From contig CAXXXD010000004.1 in assembly GCA_963663385.2 (NCBI GenBank), positions 864,001 through 928,000 of the forward strand: a DNA stretch of 64,000 bases. Direction: 5' to 3'. Numbering within the stretch: the stretch's first letter is position 1; each line of letters begins with the position of its first letter. The position numbers were made by a program, and so were the translations under genes. Origin of the DNA: Oceanispirochaeta sp. Its GTDB lineage: Bacteria; Spirochaetota; Spirochaetia; DSM-2461. Positions 57,401 to 64,000 of this stretch are shown here, in pieces. The notes beneath the pieces were generated by a model that was not told the origin of the DNA, ran no database searches, and saw only the letters and a program-made list of their open reading frames with translations.

Positions 57401-58780
57401 TTGATTCTAGCTGTAGATGTCGGCACCTCTTCCATGAAGGGCGGCCTGATAAGTGATGAGGGATACCTTTTTTCCTATCACAGAGTGAAATTCCCTTCCG
57501 AATCCCTGGCTGAGCCGGGGATTTTTCAGGCCAGGCTCTGGTTGGAGGGGTTCCTTGAGATTCTGGAAGCGGTCGGTACGGATAAAGTGAGCGCTGTCGC
57601 CATAAGCGGAAACGGCCCGACCATGGTTCCGGTAGGAGCCGATGGCAAAGCCCTGGGGTCTGTTCTCATGTGGCATTTCAATCAGAGTGAATATGTAGAG
57701 CAGACATCTTCCTATTATCTGCCCAAAGTGTGCTGGCTTAAAAAGAACGAACCGGAGATCTATGATTCGGCTTCCCTTTTTCTGTCCTGTCCGGAATTCC
57801 TTATGTACCAGATCACCGGAAAAGCCGTTATGGTCACCCCTCACGACGGATTCCTTCCTTTTGTATGGGATGATGCCGTTCTCGGGCGTCTGGATCTGAA
57901 AAAGGAGGCTTTCCCGGAAATTGTTAGAATGGGGTCCCTGGCCGGAAGGGTTTCCTCCTCCTCTCTTTTGAAAACCCCTCTGAAAAACGGTACACCGGTG
58001 GTTGCCTGCGGTTCGGATTTTATGGCATCCCTGATAGGTACGGGTGCGGTTTATCCGGGTCGGATATGCGACAGAGCCGGAACATCCGAGGGAATAAACT
58101 ACTGTTCTTCAGCCCCCCTCAAAAGCCCCTATCTGCGGGAGCTGCCCCATGCTGTTGAGGGTCTGGTCAATATTTCGGCAATTCTCTCCTCCACCGGCAG
58201 CCTTTTTGAGTGGTACAGGCAGCTGACAGGACAGGAAAATTTTCAGTACCATCAAACGATGGAGGGTGTCCGCCGTATCTCTCCCCTGCAGGATCATCCC
58301 GTGTTTTATCCGAATATAAAAGAGGGACTGCTGTGGGAGTTTTCCAACGGGATGATAACAGGTCTGGATCCCGGACAGGGGAAGTATGAACTGGGGCGGG
58401 CTGTAATGGAAGCGATCGGTTTTGCAGTCCGGCGGAGTCTGGATATTTTCGAGTCCCTTGCGTTGCCTGTGAATGAACTGAGAATCTCGGGCGGCCAGGG
58501 TAAGAGTCGGGTGTGGAATCAGATGAAGGCGGATATTACGGGTAAAACCATATTGATACCCGAAGTGGAGGATGCGGAACTGCTGGGCAATGCCTGTCTG
58601 GCTTCCGTAGCGCTGGGGCGTTACCGAAGTATTGTTTCCGCCTCTGATGCGCTGGTACAGATTAAGCATGAGATCAGACCGAGCAAAAAAAATCATCAGA
58701 TTTATGATGAAAAATATAAACGGTACAGAGATCATTGCACTGCTGTTTTATCTTTTTATCATAATTCTCCCGGTGTTTGA
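57401..58780 (+). CDS. FGGY-family carbohydrate kinase (xylulokinase-like)
   Basis: AVDVGTSSMK, RAVMEAIGF, SGG..S.VWNQMKADI; TTG start. Confidence 0.85.
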   Translation: MILAVDVGTSSMKGGLISDEGYLFSYHRVKFPSESLAEPGIFQARLWLEGFLEILEAVGTDKVSAVAISGNGPTMVPVGADGKALGSVLMWHFNQSEYVEQTSSYYLPKVCWLKKNEPEIYDSASLFLSCPEFLMYQITGKAVMVTPHDGFLPFVWDDAVLGRLDLKKEAFPEIVRMGSLAGRVSSSSLLKTPLKNGTPVVACGSDFMASLIGTGAVYPGRICDRAGTSEGINYCSSAPLKSPYLRELPHAVEGLVNISAILSSTGSLFEWYRQLTGQENFQYHQTMEGVRRISPLQDHPVFYPNIKEGLLWEFSNGMITGLDPGQGKYELGRAVMEAIGFAVRRSLDIFESLALPVNELRISGGQGKSRVWNQMKADITGKTILIPEVEDAELLGNACLASVALGRYRSIVSASDALVQIKHEIRPSKKNHQIYDEKYKRYRDHCTAVLSFYHNSPGV

Positions 58781-58892
58781 AGACCCGATTAATTGCAAGT
58801 CCTTCAGTGACAATGAAAATGGTATAAATGTTTGATGTATAGTGAAATATTATTTGGTATAAATATTGCGTACCTTTTTTTGAAAAAAGCTG

Positions 58893-58921
58893 TTGACAAA
58901 AAAAAAGCATTTTGGTATTTT
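58893..58921 (+). promoter_or_regulatory. sigma70 promoter of the tRNA-Thr-rpmG-secE operon
   Basis: TTGACA-17 bp-TATTTT with TG extension and an upstream A/T tract. Confidence 0.7.
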
Positions 58922-58941
58922 ACATGAGCATTTCGCACAGT

Positions 58942-59014
58942 GCCTCTGTAGCTCAGTCGGTAGAGTACGACCATGGTAAGGTTGGGGTCACCGGTTCAAG
59001 TCCGGTCGGAGGCT
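58942..59014 (+). tRNA. tRNA-Thr (anticodon GGU)
   Basis: GCCTCTG...CGGAGGC acceptor stem, anticodon arm CGACC-ATGGTAA-GGTTG, T-loop TTCAAGT. Confidence 0.93.
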
Positions 59015-59073
59015 GTAATAACATTTTTCTAAGACGGCTTTTTGAATAGAGCTTTTTCAGGTGGGAGTTTAGG

Positions 59074-59250
59074 ATGGCTAAAAGTAAAAAAGGTGCAGTT
59101 GAATTGGTAGCTCTTCAGTGCACAACTTGCAAGAGAAAAAATTATACAACTACAAAAAACAGAAGGAATGTTCAGGGGAAACTTGAGTTTAAAAAATACT
59201 GCAAGTGGTGTAAAACCTCTACTGAACACAAAGAGACAAAGATTAAATAG
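59074..59250 (+). CDS. rpmG: 50S ribosomal protein L33 (Zn-binding form)
   Basis: Manual translation, 58 aa: MAKSKKGAVELVALQCTTCKRKNYTTTKNRRNVQGKLEFKKYCKWCKTSTEHKETKIK. Confidence 0.95.
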   Translation: MAKSKKGAVELVALQCTTCKRKNYTTTKNRRNVQGKLEFKKYCKWCKTSTEHKETKIK

Positions 59251-59259
59251 GTATTTTAC

Positions 59260-59333
59260 AGGCCAGTAGCTCCAATGGCTAGAGCGCCGGTCTCCAAAAC
59301 CGGATGTTGTAGGTTCGAGTCCTACCTGGCCTG
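59260..59333 (+). tRNA. tRNA-Trp (anticodon CCA)
   Basis: AGGCCAG...CTGGCCT stem, CCGGT-CTCCAAA-ACCGG anticodon arm; canonical position before secE. Confidence 0.95.
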
Positions 59334-59456
59334 TATTTTTATATTTTAAAGCAGAAAGCAAGATTCTCCGACCCCTGGTCGGAGTTTGTTCGTCTTTCTG
59401 GAAAGTAGAAAAGCATCGGTAAAAGAACCGGTGTTTTTTTAAACCGGGAGCTTATT

Positions 59457-59636
59457 ATGAAAAAAATAAAGGCTTTTTTCACGGAAAGCTACGGAGAGTT
59501 GAGAAAAGTTGTTTGGCCCAGCAGAGATTCTGTTGCTTCTTCAACCAAGGTTGTTTTGGTTTCGACTGTTCTTTTTGCTCTCTTTTTTGGTGTTGTTGAC
59601 TTCCTGCTGGTGAAAGGACTCTTCTTTATTTTTTAA
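59457..59636 (+). CDS. secE: Preprotein translocase subunit SecE
   Basis: Manual translation, 59 aa: ...ELRKVVWPSR...VVDF with a single TM helix. Confidence 0.93.
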   Translation: MKKIKAFFTESYGELRKVVWPSRDSVASSTKVVLVSTVLFALFFGVVDFLLVKGLFFIF

Positions 59637-59663
59637 TCAGTCTGAATTGGCAAAGGAATAATT

Positions 59664-60218
59664 ATGGCGAAAGGGTGGTATGTGCTTCATACTTATTCGG
59701 GGTATGAAAACAAAGTAGAGAAATATATCCGGCTTTATATGGAGGATGGAACTCTTTCCGGTGCTGTTCTGGATGTAAAAGTTCCTGCCGAAGATGTAAT
59801 AGAAGTCAAAAACGGTAAAAAGCGAACTGTTTCCAAGAAATTTTTACCTGGATATGTTTTACTGGAAATGGATCTTCCTGATCGCGGCTGGAAACAGATC
59901 TGTTCTCAAATCAAAAAAATTCAAAGTGTTGTAGGCTTTGTCGGTTATGCTTCCGGAGCGAAGCCGCAGCCGATCAGTCAGGATGAAGCAAAGGCTATTT
60001 TGCAGAAAACCGGTGCTATCAAGGCTGAGAAGCGTTTTCAGTCCAAGCAGGATTTTGCGGTTGGTGAAGAAGTGCGTGTGACTGACGGTCCTTTTGAATC
60101 CTTTTCCGGAAACATCGAAGTGGTGAATCTTGAGAAAGGTAAACTTCGTGTTATGGTTGGAATATTTGGAAGAAGTACCCCTGTTGAGGTTGATTTCTCA
60201 CAGGTGGAGAAAATTTAA
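59664..60218 (+). CDS. nusG: Transcription termination/antitermination factor NusG
   Basis: WYVLHTYSGYE, FLPGYV, KOW DGPF, IFGRSTPVE. Confidence 0.97.
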   Translation: MAKGWYVLHTYSGYENKVEKYIRLYMEDGTLSGAVLDVKVPAEDVIEVKNGKKRTVSKKFLPGYVLLEMDLPDRGWKQICSQIKKIQSVVGFVGYASGAKPQPISQDEAKAILQKTGAIKAEKRFQSKQDFAVGEEVRVTDGPFESFSGNIEVVNLEKGKLRVMVGIFGRSTPVEVDFSQVEKI

Positions 60219-60256
60219 AGATTGCCGGAATTGTTCCGGTTTTCTTTGTTGATAAA

Positions 60257-60290
60257 TGGGAGTCCGTATTTTAAGCGGATGTTAGAACCA
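60257..60290 (+). promoter_or_regulatory. Putative L1-binding autoregulatory leader of rplK-rplA
   Basis: TGGGAG-TCCG...CGGA-TG...ACCA just upstream of the rplK RBS; resembles the known rplK leader architecture. Confidence 0.55.
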
Positions 60291-60303
60291 TAAGGAGATT
60301 TAA

Positions 60304-60735
60304 ATGGCTAAAAAAAAGGTAACAGCTTTTATTAAGCTGCAAGTACCTGCGGGTAAAGCAACCCCCGCTCCTCCAGTAGGTCCGGCTCTCGGTCCTCACG
60401 GAGTTCCTGCGCCTCAGTTTGTTCAGCAGTTCAACGATAGAACCAAGAACTTTGAGCCGGGACTGACAATTCCCGTTGTTATAACTGTTTATAGCGACAG
60501 AAGTTTTACGTTTGTAACAAAGACTCCTCCTGCGGCTGTTCTTCTCAAGAAAGCCGCCAAGATCGACAGGGGATCTGCAGAGCCTCACAAGGTTAAAGTT
60601 GCAACTGTCACCCGTAAACAGGTACAGGAAATTGCCGAAACGAAGATGCCCGACCTGAATGCTAACGATATTGATGCTGCAATCAATATTATTTCCGGTA
60701 CTGCCCGCAGTATGGGAATAAAGGTAGAGGGTTAA
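60304..60735 (+). CDS. rplK: 50S ribosomal protein L11
   Basis: [19 protein letters not shown]. Confidence 0.97.
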   Translation: MAKKKVTAFIKLQVPAGKATPAPPVGPALGPHGVPAPQFVQQFNDRTKNFEPGLTIPVVITVYSDRSFTFVTKTPPAAVLLKKAAKIDRGSAEPHKVKVATVTRKQVQEIAETKMPDLNANDIDAAINIISGTARSMGIKVEG

Positions 60736-60738
60736 GAG

Positions 60739-61413
60739 ATGAAGAGAAGTAAGAACTATAAAGCAGCTGTTGCGAAGATTGAAGCAGAAAAGCTGTACGA
60801 CAGTGCAGCTGCTATCGGTCTTGTTAAAGATATGGCTTTTGCGAAGTTTGATGAGACTGTCGAAGTTTCTGTTAAACTGAATATCAAAAAGAGTCATTCT
60901 ATCCGTGATACCGTTAGCCTGCCCAATCAGTTTACAGCAGAGAAGAAAATCCTTGTATTTGCCAAGGGCGATAAGGCTAAAGAAGCTCAGGAAGCCGGTG
61001 CGGCATATGTTGGAGATGACGATCTTGTAGCCAAGATTAAAGACGGCTGGCTGGACTTCGATATATGTGTTGCCACTCCCGATATGATGAGGGAGGTAGG
61101 TAAGCTCGGTCCTGTTCTGGGTCGTAGAGGTCTGATGCCCAACCCTAAAACAAGAACTGTAACAATGGATATTAAAGGTGCAATCGCCGAGCTGAAACAG
61201 GGACGCGTTGAATACCGGGCTGATAAAACCGGTGTTGTTCACCTGGCTGTCGGCAAAGTATCCATGGATGTTTCTAGAATCAAAGAAAATTACGATGTTT
61301 TTATTGATGACCTGACCAAAAAGAGACCTAGTGATGTTAAGGGTGATTTTGTAAGATCAGTTGCTCTTTCTTCTACCATGGGACCTGGTGTCAAGGTTAT
61401 GGTGAAGGAGTAA
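60739..61413 (+). CDS. rplA: 50S ribosomal protein L1
   Basis: [25 protein letters not shown]. Confidence 0.97.
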   Translation: MKRSKNYKAAVAKIEAEKLYDSAAAIGLVKDMAFAKFDETVEVSVKLNIKKSHSIRDTVSLPNQFTAEKKILVFAKGDKAKEAQEAGAAYVGDDDLVAKIKDGWLDFDICVATPDMMREVGKLGPVLGRRGLMPNPKTRTVTMDIKGAIAELKQGRVEYRADKTGVVHLAVGKVSMDVSRIKENYDVFIDDLTKKRPSDVKGDFVRSVALSSTMGPGVKVMVKE

Positions 61414-61416
61414 AAG

Positions 61417-61947
61417 ATGGCAGAAAAGAAAGTACAGCAAGTAAAAATTGATGCCGTTGCAGCTCTTCGCGAGCAGTTCGAAGGTGTTGGCAGCTTTATC
61501 TTTACTGATTACAGAGGTTTGACTGTAGAGCAGGTAACAGAGCTTCGTGCAAAACTCCGCGCTCAGAATGCTGAATATCATGTAATTAAGAATAATCTTG
61601 CCAAGATTGCTTTTAAGGATCTTGGAAAAGAAGGTCTTGATGAGTATCTGGTAGGGCCTACTGCCGTGGCTATGGCTCATGATGAAGCCGGTCCAGTTGC
61701 CAAAACTCTGATCGATTTTGCCAAAGATACTTCTGTTGAGTTAAAAGCAGGGTATTTTGATGGTGCCGTATTTGATCAGGCTGGTGTTGTGGCGTTCTCC
61801 AAACTGCCTACAAGAATCGAACTTATCGCAAAACTTATGGGTACGATGAATGCTCCGGTTCAGAATGTTGCTTATGTTCTGAATGGCGTTACAGAAAAAC
61901 TGGTTAGAACCCTGGCTGCTGTAGCAGAAAAAAAGGGTAACGAATAG
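61417..61947 (+). CDS. rplJ: 50S ribosomal protein L10
   Basis: DYRGLTV..LR..LR, KNNL, GPTA. Confidence 0.96.
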   Translation: MAEKKVQQVKIDAVAALREQFEGVGSFIFTDYRGLTVEQVTELRAKLRAQNAEYHVIKNNLAKIAFKDLGKEGLDEYLVGPTAVAMAHDEAGPVAKTLIDFAKDTSVELKAGYFDGAVFDQAGVVAFSKLPTRIELIAKLMGTMNAPVQNVAYVLNGVTEKLVRTLAAVAEKKGNE

Positions 61948-62019
61948 TAAAATTTCGGCGTTAGTCTTCTGATAGTTGTATGCTATCGCCGTGAAAAAAA
62001 ATATTAAGGAGAAGATAAT

Positions 62020-62400
62020 ATGACAACTGAAGAAATGCTTGATGCAATTGCAAACATGACTGTATTGGAAGTTTCCGAGCTGGTAAAAGCTATGGAAGAG
62101 AAATTTGGTGTAACCGCTGCTGCTCCTGTAGCTGTAGCTGCTGCTCCCGTAGCTGGTGGAGATGCTGGCGCTGCTGTTGAAGAACAGTCAGAGTTTGACG
62201 TAGTACTGAAAGGTTTTGCCGATGGCAAGAAAATCGGTGTAATCAAAGAAGTAAGAGGAATTACCGGTCTTGGTCTTAAGGAAGCAAAAGAGATTGTTGA
62301 AGGGACTGACTCTGTGATCAAAGAAGGCGTTTCAAAAGAAGATGCTGACAAGATCAAAGAACAGCTCGAAGCTGTCGGCGCAACTGTTGAGATCAAATAG
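62020..62400 (+). CDS. rplL: 50S ribosomal protein L7/L12
   Basis: [27 protein letters not shown]. Confidence 0.97.
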   Translation: MTTEEMLDAIANMTVLEVSELVKAMEEKFGVTAAAPVAVAAAPVAGGDAGAAVEEQSEFDVVLKGFADGKKIGVIKEVRGITGLGLKEAKEIVEGTDSVIKEGVSKEDADKIKEQLEAVGATVEIK

Positions 62401-62487
62401 TAGTACTTTTTATATCTGAATTGATTTTTCTCATTTTACCACAGGAGCATTGTGCCCCTGTGGTAAAGTGTTATCAGGGGGTTATGA

Positions 62488-64000
62488 GTGTTTGTTAGGG
62501 ATAAGTTGGATCGCCGGTGTTATATCGGCAAAGAGTATGAAGAAGCTATAGAGTTGCCTGATCTCATCGATATACAGTTGTCTTCCTACGAAAAATTTCT
62601 CCAGACTACGGCTCTTAAAAGGGTAGATGAATTAAATGATCAGGGTCTGGAAGAAGTGTTTCGAGCTACTTTTCCCATAGAGAGTACCAATGGTGAGTTG
62701 GTTCTTGACTATGACTACTATACCCTTGATTACGATGGCGTAAAAATGACAGAGGCCGAATGCAAAAGAAAAGGCCTGTCTTATGCCGTTCCAATTAAAG
62801 CTCGTATTAATCTGATTTTCCAGACTACCGGTGAAATCCGGCAGAAAGAAATCTATATGGGTGACATTCCGCTGATGACAGACCGCGGAACATTTATTAT
62901 AAACGGCGCCGAACGTGTTGTTGTATCGCAGATACACAGATCGCCCGGTGTAATTTTCTCGGAAGAGAAAGGAGTCTATTCTTCAAGGATTATTCCTTAT
63001 AGAGGTTCCTGGCTTGAATTCGAAATTGATCATAAAAAGGAACTGATTTATACAAAAATTGACAGGAAAAAACGCATCCTTGGTTCCCTGTTCCTGAGAG
63101 CATTGGGACTGGACACCCGGGAGAAAATCATAGATGAATTTTATAAAATCAAGACTGTAAAAGTTAATAATAAGAGAGAGGGCAAAGGGTCTCTGGTCGG
63201 GATGGTATTTGCCCGCGCCGTCTATCATGAAGTTGACGGCGTAAGGAAGAAGCTGTACCGCGCCGGGGAGAAAATTCACCCCCATGATACGGATGAGCTG
63301 ATGCACTCCGGAATTGAAACTGTAGAAGTAGTTGATTTCAGTCATCCCGATTCTCTTAATTCAACTCTCATACTGAACTGTTTTGAAAGGGAAGAAGCAA
63401 AGTATAATCAGGATGATCCCGACCAGGACGAACCTACAAAAGAGGATGCCCTGGCTTCAATATATTCTGTTTTGATGCCGGGAGAACCTATTACAGTTGA
63501 AAGCGCGGAGAAGGACCTGATTTCCATGTTCTTTTCCAGCAGACGATACGATCTGGGACGAGTGGGACGTTACAAGCTTAATAAGAAGTTTGACTATGCC
63601 AATCCTGAAGACTCGCATGTTTTAACAAGAGAAGATATCTGCAATACCATGGGATATCTGATCCGTGTTTTTGACGGTGAAGCTTCAATTGATGATATCG
63701 ACCACCTGGGAAACAGGCGTGTAAGGTCTGTTGGGGAGCTCCTCTCCAATGCGCTGAAGACGGCATTCTCAAGAATGGAAAGAATTGCCAAAGAAAGGAT
63801 GTCTCTCAAGGAAGTTGAATCGCTTAAGCCTCAGGATCTTGTATCAATCAAGCCGATTGTTGCAGCCGTAAAGGAGTTCTTTGGTTCTTCACAGCTTTCC
63901 CAGTTTATGGATCAGGTTAATCCCCTTTCCGAGTTGACTCATAAAAGAAGGCTTAATGCATTGGGTCCGGGAGGGCTTTCAAGAGACCGAGCCGGTTTTG
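62488..64000 (+). CDS. rpoB: RNA polymerase beta subunit (5' part, runs off the right edge)
   Basis: GTG start 62488: ...[15 protein letters not shown]..., [46 protein letters not shown]. Confidence 0.97.
   Translation, partial: MFVRDKLDRRCYIGKEYEEAIELPDLIDIQLSSYEKFLQTTALKRVDELNDQGLEEVFRATFPIESTNGELVLDYDYYTLDYDGVKMTEAECKRKGLSYAVPIKARINLIFQTTGEIRQKEIYMGDIPLMTDRGTFIINGAERVVVSQIHRSPGVIFSEEKGVYSSRIIPYRGSWLEFEIDHKKELIYTKIDRKKRILGSLFLRALGLDTREKIIDEFYKIKTVKVNNKREGKGSLVGMVFARAVYHEVDGVRKKLYRAGEKIHPHDTDELMHSGIETVEVVDFSHPDSLNSTLILNCFEREEAKYNQDDPDQDEPTKEDALASIYSVLMPGEPITVESAEKDLISMFFSSRRYDLGRVGRYKLNKKFDYANPEDSHVLTREDICNTMGYLIRVFDGEASIDDIDHLGNRRVRSVGELLSNALKTAFSRMERIAKERMSLKEVESLKPQDLVSIKPIVAAVKEFFGSSQLSQFMDQVNPLSELTHKRRLNALGPGGLSRDRAGF

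Noticed and set aside
58942..59250. Absence of tuf between tRNA-Thr and rpmG
   Set aside because: An arrangement I recall as ordinary in spirochaetes; no remnant is visible.
59029..59361. 110-aa minus-strand ORF
   Set aside because: Antisense to rpmG and tRNA-Trp.
60271..61242. 323-aa minus-strand ORF
   Set aside because: Antisense to rplK/rplA, typical of highly biased genes.

Overview
Bacterial chromosomal segment from a spirochaete, probably a free-living Spirochaetaceae-like organism. Evidence: RpoB S531N-type 'RLNALG', long-form Prs, spirochaetal lipoboxes, and the order tRNA-Thr-rpmG-tRNA-Trp-secE-nusG-rplKAJL-rpoB. Left to right: (1) 1-9.7 kb, a visibly AT-richer accessory block downstream of a tRNA-Pro/tRNA-Arg pair, with a multi-TM histidine kinase, lipoproteins, an HD-GYP phosphodiesterase, a possible HTH remnant and an orphan STAND-like ATPase. 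(2) Core genes nth, pyrD-pyrK with a DtxR-family regulator, rpmB and an MBL hydrolase. (3) An ~12 kb three-gene surface operon (18.4-30.3 kb): a beta-barrel/transglutaminase-like/TPR protein, a 1920-aa Ig-repeat lipoprotein with a C-terminal membrane anchor, and a 1322-aa Pro/Glu-FN3-LVIVD lipoprotein. This is my best candidate for an undescribed system. (4) A frameshifted clpB, a large HPr-domain protein, a metallophosphoesterase and nudC. (5) An adenylate cyclase-FecR-beta-barrel-beta-barrel operon. (6) argH, a Na/Pi cotransporter with a candidate Pho box, a BMP-type ABC transporter, prs and an FGGY kinase. (7) The conserved translation/transcription cluster running off the right edge in rpoB. 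No CRISPR array, integrase or transposase was seen. All domain calls are by eye from motifs; no searches were run.
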